51,106 nt of DNA from the IMG/VR virus record IMGVR_UViG_3300048599_000152, positions 1 through 51,106 of that record; one strand, written 5' to 3'. A program made the translations under genes and the position numbers. The DNA comes from a virus (taxonomy: Duplodnaviria; Caudoviricetes). The notes under the pieces are model-generated. The model ran no database searches and was not told where the DNA came from. It saw nothing but the letters and a program-made list of their open reading frames with translations. Below, in pieces: positions 1-9,112 of the stretch (position 1 is its first letter; each line of letters starts with the position of its first letter).

Positions 1-1
1 G

Positions 2-1180
2 CGCGGCACGGTCTACTGGGCAGACGCAGATCCGCCCGACGCCTGCCCGACATGCGGCGGCGAACTGCAGGAGGTGATCGCGCGCCGGCAGGAGCTCCTG
101 CCCGAGAAATACACGCGTAAGAAGGAGGCCGACAAGGCCCTCCACGACGAGCTGCGGGACAGAGAGCGAGGCGACTACGTGCCGCCGAACACCCTGACGG
201 TGCGCGAGTACCTTGTCGACCACTGGCTCCCGACGCTCGAGACGCTGGAGCTGCGCCCGAACACCAAGCTGGCGTACCGCCTGCAGGTCGAGAAGCGCAT
301 CGTGCCGAAGATCGGCGACGTCCCTCTCCAGCGGCTCACCTACGGCGACGTCGTGAAGATGCATGCCCGCCTGGCCACCGAGAAGGGGCCGCGCGGTCAC
401 GTGCTCTCACCTGCGACGCGGCGCGGGGTGCTCGCGGTCCTCCACAAGGCGCTCGGCGAGGCCGTCAAGGCAGGGCTCCTGCGGACGAACCCGGCAGACG
501 AGGTGAAGTACCCGAGAGTGGAGCGCAAGCGGCGCCTCAACACCTGGGACGAGGCCGAGATGGACAAGTTCCTGCGAGCCACCTGCTCGGACCGCCTCTC
601 GCCGCTGTGGATCCTGCTCGCGAAGACGGGCCTGCGCCGTGGTGAGGCCCTCGGCCTCAAGTGGGAGGACGTCGACCTGAAGGGCGATCCGGACCACGAC
701 GTACAGCCGTCTGTCTACGTCCAGCGATCGCGCCATCAGGTCGGCTACGAGGTGATCGAGGGACCCCTCAAGGGCGGCGACGGACGGCACATCGACATCG
801 GAGCAGGAACGGTCGCGGCGCTCAAGTCGTGGAAGGCGGTGCAGAACGCCGAGCGCCTGCACTGGGGTGCGGAGTGGCAAGACACAGGCCACGTCTTCAC
901 CAAGGAGAGCGGCGAGCCCTGGCACCCGAACAAGGTCACGGAGAGCTTCGGCGAGGCCGTCAAGGCAGCCAAGGTGAAGCGCATCCGCGTTCACGATCTG
1001 CGCCACAGCCACGCGACTCTTGCCCTCAAGGCGGGCGAGCATCCGCGCGTCGTGCAGGAGCGCCTCGGTCACAAGTCGATCACGATCACGATGGACACCT
1101 ACTCGCACGTCCTGCCGGGCATGCAGAGGGGCCTCACCCAGAAGCTGGACAGCGTGGTGTACGGCGAGGTCAGCAGTTGA
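2..1180 (+). CDS. int: Tyrosine integrase (5' end outside window)
   Basis: Catalytic motifs GLRRGE, HDLRH, LGH and TMDTYSH. The frame is open from position 2 (RGTVYWADADPPDACPTCGG...), so the true start lies upstream; the N-terminal part has a CxxC motif. Confidence 0.93.
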   Translation, partial: RGTVYWADADPPDACPTCGGELQEVIARRQELLPEKYTRKKEADKALHDELRDRERGDYVPPNTLTVREYLVDHWLPTLETLELRPNTKLAYRLQVEKRIVPKIGDVPLQRLTYGDVVKMHARLATEKGPRGHVLSPATRRGVLAVLHKALGEAVKAGLLRTNPADEVKYPRVERKRRLNTWDEAEMDKFLRATCSDRLSPLWILLAKTGLRRGEALGLKWEDVDLKGDPDHDVQPSVYVQRSRHQVGYEVIEGPLKGGDGRHIDIGAGTVAALKSWKAVQNAERLHWGAEWQDTGHVFTKESGEPWHPNKVTESFGEAVKAAKVKRIRVHDLRHSHATLALKAGEHPRVVQERLGHKSITITMDTYSHVLPGMQRGLTQKLDSVVYGEVSS

Positions 1181-1188
1181 GATCGCAG

Positions 1189-1207
1189 GGAGTACAAACG
1201 GAGTACA
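1189..1207 (+). repeat. Putative arm-type integrase sites of element 3 (GGAGTACA x2, 11-bp period)
   Basis: GGAGTACA-AAC-GGAGTACA between the integrase stop and the att core. Confidence 0.55.
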
Positions 1208-1286
1208 GCCGGCCGAATGGGCGCTCCCGGCGCCCCTGCTGCGCCCGCAGCAAAACAGGCCAGTTGCAGGGAAGAGTCCTGAGAAG

Positions 1287-1333
1287 TGGTAGCGGCGGTA
1301 GGACTCGAACCTACGACACGCGGATTATGATTC
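1287..1333 (-). repeat. att core: duplicated 3' part of tRNA-Met (prophage / element 3 junction)
   Basis: TGGTAGCGGCGGTAGGACTCGAACCTACGACACGCGGATTATGATTC is identical to 50077-50123. Confidence 0.95.
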
Positions 1334-1388
1334 GGCTGCCGCGCCTCACAGGTAGTACCGCCACCCCCCACCTGTAGGCACGAATCGG

Positions 1389-1958
1389 TCACTTCATGGG
1401 GTCCCTGACGATCGTTCTCGGGACCCGAATCTGGGCAGACAGCCCAAGTTGGGCAGACAATGGGCAGACATCCGGCCACTCCACGCTGTCGAGCGCCGAG
1501 GCGTTGAGCAACGGAGTCTTCATCCGCGTGTCGCCGTAGGCCGCCAGCGCCATGTACCAGAGCAGGAGGGCGTCTGCCTCGTTGTTGTCGTGGCCGGCGA
1601 ACCCGAACCGGCGGATCGCGGCGGCGACCATCTCGTCCTTGCCAGCGTTGCCCCGGCCGGTGGCGTACTTCTTGAGCGAGGACGGCGGTACGTCCACCCA
1701 TGGCATCCCCAGCCGCCGCAGGTCGTTACGGACGATGCCGCCCAGCTCCGCGATCTGGAAGACGCTGCGGCCCTTGCTGCCGAAGCTGTAGCCCTCCAGC
1801 ACAACCAGGTCCACGTCGGCGGTCAGGTCGTCGATGGCGTCCGTGATGAGCGCCATGCGGTCCCAGCCCTTGTCCTTCGGGTAGCGGAGCCGGCCGACCT
1901 CGCCGTCCCGGCAGTAGCCGGTGCAGGTGAGCGACAGGTCGAGGGCAAGGATGCGCAT
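1389..1958 (-). CDS. RuvC-like Holliday junction resolvase
   Basis: Motifs ILALDLSLTCTG, VVLEG, LKKYATGRGNAGK and NNEADAL. Confidence 0.85.
   Translation of the reverse strand: MRILALDLSLTCTGYCRDGEVGRLRYPKDKGWDRMALITDAIDDLTADVDLVVLEGYSFGSKGRSVFQIAELGGIVRNDLRRLGMPWVDVPPSSLKKYATGRGNAGKDEMVAAAIRRFGFAGHDNNEADALLLWYMALAAYGDTRMKTPLLNASALDSVEWPDVCPLSAQLGLSAQIRVPRTIVRDPMK
1431..1470 (+). repeat. Prophage arm-type repeats TGGGCAGACA (3 copies)
   Basis: TTGGGCAGACAATGGGCAGACA at 1449-1470 is identical to 41052-41073; an extra copy lies at 1432-1441. Confidence 0.8.
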
Positions 1959-2215
1959 CAGTCGAGCAGCTCCCCGGTCGTCAGGTCGACGCGGGGCTTG
2001 AACAGCAGATGTGCCTCCTGCTCCTTGAGCTGCTCCATCGCGCCGTCGAACTCGGCCAGCAAGTCTTCGGCGGTGCGGGCCTTCTCCTGCGCCTTCTCGA
2101 TGGCACCCTTGGCCTTGATGACGTCTTCCACCAGCCGGGTACGGGTCGGAGCAAGGCGCTCGGCTACCGTCTCCTCGAACAGCCTGTCAGGGGCGCTCAT
2201 GCTACCTTCCTCCAC
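1958..2215 (-). CDS. Hypothetical coiled-coil phage protein
   Basis: Packed, translationally coupled ORF in the early operon. Confidence 0.6.
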   Translation of the reverse strand: MEEGSMSAPDRLFEETVAERLAPTRTRLVEDVIKAKGAIEKAQEKARTAEDLLAEFDGAMEQLKEQEAHLLFKPRVDLTTGELLD

Positions 2216-2523
2216 CTAGCGAGGACGCGGCCCTTGCTGCTGACGCGGGTGGAGCGCTCGTAGCGGACCAGCTCCAAGCGACCCTGCCGGCGCAGCCGGT
2301 TCAGGAAGGCCCCGACGCAGTTGTTCGTCGGGGTACCGTCCACGTTGGTCGGCAGGTCGCAGATCGCGGTGAGGTCGTCGGCGGTCAGGGTGTGCCCTGG
2401 CCACAGCTCGTCGAACCATGTGGTCGCGGTGCCGGCCCAGTCGATGGGCGAGGCGTCGGCGACGGCCATGCCCCGCTCGCCCTCCTTCACGGCGAGCGGG
2501 GCGTCGAAGATACAGGTCTGCAT
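2197..2523 (-). CDS. Hypothetical protein, possible winged-helix
   Basis: MQTCIFDAP... ORF immediately after ssb. Confidence 0.55.
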   Translation of the reverse strand: MQTCIFDAPLAVKEGERGMAVADASPIDWAGTATTWFDELWPGHTLTADDLTAICDLPTNVDGTPTNNCVGAFLNRLRRQGRLELVRYERSTRVSSKGRVLARWRKVA

Positions 2524-2531
2524 CGCGGGCC

Positions 2532-2924
2532 TCAGAACGGGATGTCGTCGTCGTCGTTGCCGCCGCCGCCGTTGCCGCCGCCGTTGCCGTTCTCGGCACG
2601 CGGGCCGAAGGTGACGCGGGCGTAGTCGACCTGCATGGAGTGGCGCGTCTCGCCGTCCTTCTCCCACTCGCGGAGCTGACCCAGCTCGCCAGTCACCATG
2701 ATGAAGGAGCCCTTGCCGAGGTACTGCTCGATGGCCTCGGCCTGATTGCCCCGCGCCGCCACGTCGATCCAGAGGGTGTCGTCCACCCACTCCCCGTTCT
2801 GCTTCTTGGACTTGCCCACGGCCAGCCGCAGGTTGGCGACCTTGCTGCCGTCGTCGAACGTGTGGACCTTCGGATCGGCCCCGAGGTAGCCGCTCAGGGT
2901 GACCACGTTCAGGCTCTTGCTCAT
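2532..2924 (-). CDS. ssb: Single-stranded DNA-binding protein
   Basis: LNVVTLSGYLGADP OB-fold start, Gly-rich linker, acidic DDDDIPF tail. Confidence 0.95.
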   Translation of the reverse strand: MSKSLNVVTLSGYLGADPKVHTFDDGSKVANLRLAVGKSKKQNGEWVDDTLWIDVAARGNQAEAIEQYLGKGSFIMVTGELGQLREWEKDGETRHSMQVDYARVTFGPRAENGNGGGNGGGGNDDDDIPF

Positions 2925-3053
2925 GCGTTCTCCTTCTGGTCTGTGTGAAGACGGTTCATCGTGGGGTGGTCGTTGCTGTAGAGGCGGGCCCAGCCGCACC
3001 CCCGACAGCCGAGGACGCTGTGCCTGCCGTCCGGGCGTGGTCGCGTGTGCAAG

Positions 3054-3230
3054 CTAGGTGAGCCGCAGGCGGGGCACTGCATCCTTGCCCTCCTTCCAAG
3101 TGCGATAGCAGGCGTGGCAGTAGGTCTGCTTCTTGTCCGGGTGTGCCGGCGGACTGACGAGGTTGGCCTGTCCGACCATCTCGTCGCATTGGTCGCAGAT
3201 GCCGAGGCCCCAGCTCCCGCGCCGGGTCAT
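3054..3230 (-). CDS. Small zinc-finger protein
   Basis: CDQC...CHAC; coupled to the upstream gene. Confidence 0.5.
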   Translation of the reverse strand: MTRRGSWGLGICDQCDEMVGQANLVSPPAHPDKKQTYCHACYRTWKEGKDAVPRLRLT

Positions 3231-3730
3231 CGGGCACCTGCCATGAGCGCCGGCCGGTTGCCCTTGTCGAGCAGGCCGGCGACGGTGCACCTGCGCGTCT
3301 CGACGGTGCGCAGGTCGTTGTAGATCCTGAAGAAGTGGGCCCGGTCGGCCGAGGGGTTGGAGGAGCGCTCCAGCCGGCCAAGGCCCCCGCAGGCGAGGAT
3401 GGCGGTCTGCACGATCGGGGCGGTCCACTCGGGCCACCACGTGTCGCTGTTCGACGGGTCGTAGCCCCGGATGGCCTCCTCGACCTCGCCCCACGCCCGC
3501 TCGGCGGTGGGCAGGCCGCAGACACGCTCGGCCACGGCCGCCCTGATCTCCGCGATGCTCGGGAAGAACTTCTCGGTGGCGATGATGGACAGGATGGCGG
3601 CCTGAGCCTGTTCGTGGTCGAGGTCTTGAAGTGCGAGCCCGTAGACCCGCAGGGTGTCGGCGTCGATGACCATGCGCGGGTAGGCCGCCTTGAGGACGGC
3701 GACCAGCGCGGCCACTTGCTTGCCTGTCAT
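3227..3730 (-). CDS. Helicase loader/inhibitor (SPP1 G39P-like)
   Basis: LKAAYP...FFPSIAEIR...AWGEV pattern, directly downstream of the initiator. Confidence 0.7.
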   Translation of the reverse strand: MTGKQVAALVAVLKAAYPRMVIDADTLRVYGLALQDLDHEQAQAAILSIIATEKFFPSIAEIRAAVAERVCGLPTAERAWGEVEEAIRGYDPSNSDTWWPEWTAPIVQTAILACGGLGRLERSSNPSADRAHFFRIYNDLRTVETRRCTVAGLLDKGNRPALMAGAR

Positions 3731-4449
3731 GCGCTCTCCTCGTCGTTGAATGCGCCGGCAATCTGCGCGGCGCTGAGCCCGCCTCCGGGCCCGCTGGCCG
3801 GCTTCGCGCCGGCCCCGGCGGGTGGCCCGTCTACCCACTCCTCGAAGCGCCTGTCCGGGCCCCAGAACGTGGAGCCGTGGAGCATGAAGGTGGCCTCGGT
3901 GCCGGTCGCCAAGCACCAGTCGCGGTAGTGACCGGACGCGGCCTGCATGTCCTCGGCCGGGGTGGCTTCCTTGAGGCGGGCCTTGTAGGCCCGGTGGGCG
4001 GCCGCCTTCGCGATCTTGCGCGGGTAGGGTGCCCAGGCGACTTCGAATCCGTCGTCGAGCAGCTCGGGCTGCGGGGCCTTCTTGGCCTTCTGGTCGGCCC
4101 GCCACTGACGCTGCCGCTCGCGGTTGTACTCGCGCTGTTCGATGAGCTTGCCGGCGTAGTCGTGCCAGTCGTGCAGGGCCACCTGCCCGTCGCCGGCCTC
4201 GTCCACGAACCCGGCGTCCAGCAGGGCCTTGAGGAACTTGCCGGCCTTGCCGGGGTAGCGAGCGCCGTCGTGGGCAATCTCCTCGGCGTCGTACACCGAC
4301 AGGTCGCCGTCTTGGGCGTAGTCGGTCGCCCACCACCAGAGCAGGTGCAGGTGGCCGATGGTTGCCGGCAGGCTTTCGCCCAGCAGCCTCGCGAGCCGCA
4401 GGGTCTTGGGATGTCGAGCCAACTCCTGATGGCTCTCGATCCAAGCCAT
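3727..4449 (-). CDS. Phage replication initiator / replisome organiser
   Basis: MAWIESHQELARHPK N-terminal domain, LHDWHDY, and a C-terminal F..AW..YPRK...H.STF domain. Confidence 0.75.
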   Translation of the reverse strand: MAWIESHQELARHPKTLRLARLLGESLPATIGHLHLLWWWATDYAQDGDLSVYDAEEIAHDGARYPGKAGKFLKALLDAGFVDEAGDGQVALHDWHDYAGKLIEQREYNRERQRQWRADQKAKKAPQPELLDDGFEVAWAPYPRKIAKAAAHRAYKARLKEATPAEDMQAASGHYRDWCLATGTEATFMLHGSTFWGPDRRFEEWVDGPPAGAGAKPASGPGGGLSAAQIAGAFNDEESA

Positions 4450-4497
4450 CAGCCCTCGCTCCCACGGTAGCTGTGCAGGTCTTCCTCGCTGTGGGTG

Positions 4498-4854
4498 TCA
4501 GGCGTCATGCGGGACCGCTCTCAAGACCGCCGCGAGGCGCTCCAGCATGGCCCCGCTCGGGCGCTTGTCGAGGACGACCGGCGGTACCCAGAGGGGCCGC
4601 TGGTGCGTCTGCACGGGGACCCGTTTGGGGGCCGCAGGTGCCGGTAGAGGTGGCAGGCCGGCGTACACCTTGCCGGCCCTGTGGGCGGCCTTGACGAAGC
4701 CCTCAGCGGACGACCGGTCCACCGTGATCGTGAAGCCTCGACTGACATAGCCGCCGGCCGTGATGCGCTGCGTCCTGAGGACGCCCCCGTCGTTGATGAG
4801 CCTCACGACCTCGCCGGGGACGGTCGACCGAATCTCGGCGATGCGGACCTTCAT
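4498..4854 (-). CDS. Hypothetical protein
   Basis: Coupled ORF in the operon. Confidence 0.5.
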   Translation of the reverse strand: MKVRIAEIRSTVPGEVVRLINDGGVLRTQRITAGGYVSRGFTITVDRSSAEGFVKAAHRAGKVYAGLPPLPAPAAPKRVPVQTHQRPLWVPPVVLDKRPSGAMLERLAAVLRAVPHDA

Positions 4855-5063
4855 GCCTTCCCCCTCTGCCAGTCGCGGAAGGCGGCCTTGCTCACGCGGA
4901 TGGTGTCGCGCTGGCGCCGCAGAGTGACGTGCGGGATGCCCAGGCGAGCGACCTCGCTGGCCGGGAACCGCTGATCGCTGACGCCGAGCAGGGCGGCGAC
5001 CTGCCGCCGGTTCATGAAGTCGGGCATATCGGAGAGGCGAGCCCTCTTGGCCGGCCCCGCCAT
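4851..5063 (-). CDS. Excisionase-like HTH protein
   Basis: FMNRRQVAALLGVS...IRVSKAAFRDW. Confidence 0.6.
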   Translation of the reverse strand: MAGPAKRARLSDMPDFMNRRQVAALLGVSDQRFPASEVARLGIPHVTLRRQRDTIRVSKAAFRDWQRGKA

Positions 5064-5386
5064 CAGCCCATCACTTCTTCCAGTTGCGACCGGGTGCGCT
5101 GGTGGCAGCCGCACAGCTCGTCGTGGTTGTAGGTCGAGAGCACGGTGCCGCAGCCGTGCCACGCGCAGACGCGGCGGATGTGGCGGTCGCTGTCGCCCAG
5201 CAGGCGGTAGACGGCCAGATGGCCGCGCCCACGGCCGGCGCAGTTGTGGATGCGGTAGCCGCGCCCGCCAAGCCGGCGCACGGCGGACCTGATGGTCGTC
5301 CGTGGCCGGCCGGTGAGGGCGCAGAGCGTGTCGATGTCGCGGGGCTCCTCGCGGAGCGCCTCAAGGATGGCGACGGCGGCGGTCAT
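5063..5386 (-). CDS. Winged-HTH plus zinc-finger protein
   Basis: HTH (DIDTLCALTGRPRTTIRSAVRRL) followed by CAWHGC...LSTYN...LCGCH. Confidence 0.6.
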   Translation of the reverse strand: MTAAVAILEALREEPRDIDTLCALTGRPRTTIRSAVRRLGGRGYRIHNCAGRGRGHLAVYRLLGDSDRHIRRVCAWHGCGTVLSTYNHDELCGCHQRTRSQLEEVMG

Positions 5387-6291
5387 CCCGCGTTCTCGAT
5401 CCACTTGATGAACATCTGGGCCTGACCGACCGTCAGCTCCTTGCGGCTCTCGGCCCCGAACTTGTCGCGCATATGGCCGCGCCAGGTCTGCTCGTCGATG
5501 CCGCGGAGCCGCAAGAGGGCGGCGATCCGCTTCATCTGCGAGTCGTTGAGGAGCGTCGGGGTCGGGGGCCCGCCGAGGGCAAGGTCCAGCTCGTTGACCT
5601 CTTCGGCCTCGCCGTCGATGACCTCGCCGGTCACGGGGTCCACGGACACCGCGTCGGCGGGCTCTGGGGCCGGCTGGGCGGCCGGCGCTGGCGCGAGCGA
5701 CTCGGGGGCCGCCGCGTCGGGCAGGGTCGCCAGACCGGCGCTGATCGCTTCGACCAGTGCGGCCGGGGCCTTCTCCAGCGGGCCGCCGTAGTCGGCCTTC
5801 TTCTTGAGCGCCGTCGCCACCTGTGCGGCGGTGCGGCCCTTGAGCGCGGCCAGCTCGAGCAACGCCTTGACCTGCGCCGCCGTGGCGGCCTTGCCGTTGC
5901 CGTTGCCGTTGCCGGCGGGCTTGGCCTTGTCGGCCTTCGGGGCGCTGTCTGAGCCCTGCCGGTTGCGGACCTCGTTGGCGCTGGCGACGTGCTTGCTCGG
6001 GATGCCGACCGCGACGATGGCGCGGCCCCATGCCGATGTCTCGGCGTTCTGCAGCTCGCTGTTCTTCGTGTAGGGCGTCAGGCCGGGGATGGGCTCCCAC
6101 GCCGATCCGATGCCGGGGCGCGTGTCCTCGGGCGTCCGGTAGGCGGCGGCCGTAGTGGCGATGAAGGTCTTCTCGCCGACGTGGTACAGCTCGGAGCCGA
6201 TGGTCTGGAGTGAGCCGTGCGGGTAGAGCGCCTTGAACTCCTGAATCCGCTCGGCTACCTCAACGTAGTCATCGTTCTTCTTGAAGGCCAT
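5383..6291 (-). CDS. Single-strand annealing protein (Rad52/ERF/Sak-like recombinase)
   Basis: DYVEVAERI...NAETSAWGRA N-terminal core plus C-terminal helical repeats; lies close to an exonuclease. Confidence 0.65.
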   Translation of the reverse strand: MAFKKNDDYVEVAERIQEFKALYPHGSLQTIGSELYHVGEKTFIATTAAAYRTPEDTRPGIGSAWEPIPGLTPYTKNSELQNAETSAWGRAIVAVGIPSKHVASANEVRNRQGSDSAPKADKAKPAGNGNGNGKAATAAQVKALLELAALKGRTAAQVATALKKKADYGGPLEKAPAALVEAISAGLATLPDAAAPESLAPAPAAQPAPEPADAVSVDPVTGEVIDGEAEEVNELDLALGGPPTPTLLNDSQMKRIAALLRLRGIDEQTWRGHMRDKFGAESRKELTVGQAQMFIKWIENAG

Positions 6292-6569
6292 CAGGCATCA
6301 CCGCCTTTGCGGTAGAGGTACACGTCGTCGCCCCGGCGGGCCACGCCGGCGAGGTCGTTCATGTTCATGGAGCGGAGCGCGTAGGCGACGGCGGTGCAGA
6401 CGTTCGCCGGCGGATGCTGGCCGATGTCGAGGCGGGCGGCTTCATGCCCGCTGTCGACGAACAGGGCGACGGTCAACTGCCAGTGCCCGACGAAGCGGCG
6501 GCCACCAGTGGGGCGCGGGATGTCGGCCACCCTGACGGGGGCGAAGGCGTGGGGCTGAGCAAGCGGCAT
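6291..6569 (-). CDS. Hypothetical protein
   Basis: Coupled ORF. Confidence 0.5.
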   Translation of the reverse strand: MPLAQPHAFAPVRVADIPRPTGGRRFVGHWQLTVALFVDSGHEAARLDIGQHPPANVCTAVAYALRSMNMNDLAGVARRGDDVYLYRKGGDA

Positions 6570-7219
6570 CAGCGCACCACCGCCACGTCGTCGCTGTAGA
6601 TGCGGACGCCGGGGATGTCGCGGACGCCGTCCTTGACGGCCTCGCGGATCGCCCGCTCGTCGGGCATCAGGTACTCGCGTGGCAGCTCGTCCGGGGCGAC
6701 CAGCTCGAACTTCCAGACCTGTCGCATGGTGACGGTGCCGCTCTCGGTGCGCGTGACGCGCTCCGGAGCGGCCGGGACCAGCACCACCGGCGGGGCCGGC
6801 ATGATGTCGGGGTTCTCAGCCCGCTGGCGCAGCGCCTCCACCTCGGCCCTCGCCTGGGCAGCCCGGAGGGCGGCGGCGCTGGCCTCAGCCTGCTCGCGGC
6901 CGTAGGTGCTGAGCTTGGCGCGGAGGATCCGCTCAGCCTCAGCGACCGGCTCGGCCAGCACCTTGAAGTCGTCGTCGATGAGCTTCTTCTGCTGGAACAG
7001 CGGCGCGGTCCAGCGCTTGCGCAGCGCCTCGATGCGGTTGCCGGCCTTCTTGGCGTGGATCAGTAGCTCCTTGGCCTCGGCGTCGGCCTCGGGGCAGTTG
7101 ATGGTGATGTAGGTCGCCTGCGCGAGGAGCGCGTTGGCGTCACTCGTGATGCCGCTCGTCTCGGCCGCCGGGACCGGCGGGACGTAGATGGCCGGCGCGG
7201 TGCTCTCTGCTGGGGTCAT
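6569..7219 (-). CDS. Coiled-coil protein with Gp157/Gam-like C-terminus
   Basis: C-terminal LPREYLMPDERAIREAVKDGVRDIPGVRI. Confidence 0.6.
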   Translation of the reverse strand: MTPAESTAPAIYVPPVPAAETSGITSDANALLAQATYITINCPEADAEAKELLIHAKKAGNRIEALRKRWTAPLFQQKKLIDDDFKVLAEPVAEAERILRAKLSTYGREQAEASAAALRAAQARAEVEALRQRAENPDIMPAPPVVLVPAAPERVTRTESGTVTMRQVWKFELVAPDELPREYLMPDERAIREAVKDGVRDIPGVRIYSDDVAVVR

Positions 7220-7887
7220 GCGTACTCCTTCGTCCAACGGAACAGGCTCAAGGCGTTCTGGAAGGCGGCCCAGTCGGCGGTGTGGGCGCTGAATTCGTGC
7301 GCCGTGACCTTGCCGGGGCTGGACCTGTCCTTGCTGACCTTGATGACCAGCCGGCGGTCCACCGGGTAGCCGAGGGATTGGCGGGCTCCCTCGCGGTAGG
7401 CCGCGAGCTGCAGGCGGTAGGTGGGCAGCACTTGGGCGCTCGTCTTCCAGTCGATGACGGCGGGCTGCTCGTCGCCCTTGAGCGTGGCAATCAGGTCGAT
7501 GGTGCCGGCGAATCCGTAGGCTTCGGACACGAAGGGGGCCTCGACGGCGTGGACGGTCTTGACATACTTGGCAATCCATGTGAGAGCGCCGGCCACCATC
7601 TTCGCCGTGCGCGGGTCGTCGCTCGGGTACGGGATGGCCTCGGGGTCGAGGGCTTCGTTGATGCCCTCATGCACGGCCGTGCCGAGGTCGGCGGCGGTCT
7701 GCATGATCGCCTTGAACTTCTCGTTGCCGACGCTGCCGCGCAGAGCGGCGAGTCCGTCGTCAGCGAAGGGGTCCTGGCCGACCATCTTGAGGATCGTCGT
7801 GACACTGGCGATGCGGATGCCGCCTGCGGTCGTGTAGTGCCGCTTGCCGGTGACGCTGGTGTCCACCGTCACGGCGGAGGCGGTCAT
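7216..7887 (-). CDS. PD-(D/E)xK exonuclease
   Basis: SVTTIL, GTAVH, FAGTIDLI, VIDWKTS, QLAAY. Confidence 0.85.
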   Translation of the reverse strand: MTASAVTVDTSVTGKRHYTTAGGIRIASVTTILKMVGQDPFADDGLAALRGSVGNEKFKAIMQTAADLGTAVHEGINEALDPEAIPYPSDDPRTAKMVAGALTWIAKYVKTVHAVEAPFVSEAYGFAGTIDLIATLKGDEQPAVIDWKTSAQVLPTYRLQLAAYREGARQSLGYPVDRRLVIKVSKDRSSPGKVTAHEFSAHTADWAAFQNALSLFRWTKEYA

Positions 7888-8057
7888 GCCAGCACGCCCT
7901 GTCGCTCGATGTGCAGGGCCGCGCCCTTCTTGAACCAGCGCTTCAGCTCGGGGCTGGACGCCAGAGCGAACTTCTTCGCCTGGGCATGGGTGCGGGCCGC
8001 GACCCAGACCTCAACGCCCCAGCACTTCACGTGGTAGCTGTACTCAGTGGCGGGCAT
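7884..8057 (-). CDS. Small hypothetical protein
   Basis: MPATEYSYHV... coupled ORF. Confidence 0.45.
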   Translation of the reverse strand: MPATEYSYHVKCWGVEVWVAARTHAQAKKFALASSPELKRWFKKGAALHIERQGVLA

Positions 8058-8181
8058 CAGAGGCCGGCCCGGTCGAGGATGGCGTCTTCGCGGGCCTGCA
8101 CGGGGTCGTAGTCGTCGGGGTACGGGGAGTCCTCGGGCGGCGTGGTCTTCCACGCGTCGTAGCCGGGGAGGCCGTCGAAGC

Positions 8182-8379
8182 TCATGCGACCACCCACAGG
8201 ATGGCGCAGCCGGCGAGGATCAGGCCGGCGAGGATGGGGCCCATGATGACGTGCGCGGCAACGATGTCGCGAGTGTCAAGTACGCGGGCTGCGATGGTAT
8301 GCTGGACTTCGGCTCTCTGCTGGGAGCTACGGGGGCCTCTTGCTTGGCGGCGGGGGCCCCCTCTTCGTGCTGTCTGCAC
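8182..8379 (-). CDS. Small membrane protein, first gene of the early operon
   Basis: C-terminal hydrophobic helix; SD upstream. Confidence 0.45.
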   Translation of the reverse strand: MQTARRGGPRRQARGPRSSQQRAEVQHTIAARVLDTRDIVAAHVIMGPILAGLILAGCAILWVVA

Positions 8380-8468
8380 TGGGGTATGTCCTTCCTCTCG
8401 TTGCTTGTGACAGCTTGTACTCGGTTGTTCCTCCTTCTAGGCGTGGATAGACGCGGCGCTGGCTGGGC

Positions 8469-8498
8469 AGTCTATGACAGGCTGCCCCAGCTTGTCAA
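8469..8498 (-). promoter_or_regulatory. Leftward sigma70-type early promoter (copy 1)
   Basis: TTGACA-18-TAGACT on the minus strand; 16-bp block identical to 33202-33217. Confidence 0.7.
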
Positions 8499-8507
8499 AT
8501 ACGGGGT

Positions 8508-8714
8508 CTAGCGGTAGTAGGTCTGCGCGAAGGCCCGGAGTGCTTCCGGGCTGATGCGGCGGTCGAAGCCACCGGCCGACTTGGTGCAGACGATGACGCC
8601 CTTGTCGCAGTACCGGATGACGGTGCGCTGCGACAGCACGATGCCGTACTCGGTGGCGAGGAGATTGGCGGCCTCGCCGGTGGTGAGCAAGCGCTCTGCC
8701 TGGGGGGCGGTCAC
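8508..8714 (-). CDS. MerR/excisionase-like HTH protein
   Basis: LLTTGEAA...SQRTVIRYCDKG...SAGGFDRRI. Confidence 0.7.
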   Translation of the reverse strand: MTAPQAERLLTTGEAANLLATEYGIVLSQRTVIRYCDKGVIVCTKSAGGFDRRISPEALRAFAQTYYR

Positions 8715-8977
8715 GGCTGCGGCCCGTCGGTGGGCGCTTCGAAGCCTTCGCGCTCACACAGGAGACGGTACTCGAGGATTACGGCCCTACGCAGCGCGTG
8801 GTTGGCCTCGTCGGGATTGACGTAGAACCGCGCCCCCATCTTGACGGCCGGGATCAGCCCCGTCCTACACCACTCCCGGACGAGCGCCTCGCTGCAGGTG
8901 AGCGCGGTGTACTCGTCCGTCTGGCGTGCGTAAGCCGCCGGCGTCACGTACTCGTCGGGGTCAATCAATTCACCCAT
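8711..8977 (-). CDS. HTH DNA-binding protein (excisionase-like)
   Basis: SEALVREWCRTGLIPAVKMGARFYV. Confidence 0.7.
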   Translation of the reverse strand: MGELIDPDEYVTPAAYARQTDEYTALTCSEALVREWCRTGLIPAVKMGARFYVNPDEANHALRRAVILEYRLLCEREGFEAPTDGPQP

Positions 8978-9053
8978 GAAGCCCTATCCCCTATCTCCTA
9001 CGCAGCTCAGGTCCCCACGACGTGAGGACCTGAGGTTGCTGCGACCTGCGCGG

Positions 9054-9082
9054 ACATTAGTGCGTTTCGACTGGTCGCGCAA
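9054..9082 (-). promoter_or_regulatory. Candidate promoter for the HTH gene pair
   Basis: TTGCGC-17-TAATGT on the minus strand; leader hairpin at ~9006-9034. Confidence 0.45.
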
Positions 9083-9112
9083 ACCATACTTCTACGCTCC
9101 GATTCGGACGCC

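Larger units (their letters stand above)
1..1333. mobile_element. Right end of a third integrative element (extends left of the window) inserted in tandem at the tRNA-Met att
   Basis: Tyrosine integrase ending at 1180, followed by a tandem arm-like repeat and a copy of the tRNA-Met 3' end (1287-1333). Same layout as the other two elements. Confidence 0.8.

Noticed and set aside
17-25. TGGGCAGAC matching the prophage arm repeat
   Set aside because: Single 9-mer inside integrase coding sequence (W-A-D); probably chance
1287-1333. Additional tRNA genes at 1287 and 41135
   Set aside because: Only the 3' 46-47 nt are present; the 5' half is missing, so these are att duplications
7216-7887. Cas4-like nuclease suggesting a CRISPR system
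   Set aside because: No repeat-spacer array or other cas genes; the context is a phage recombination module
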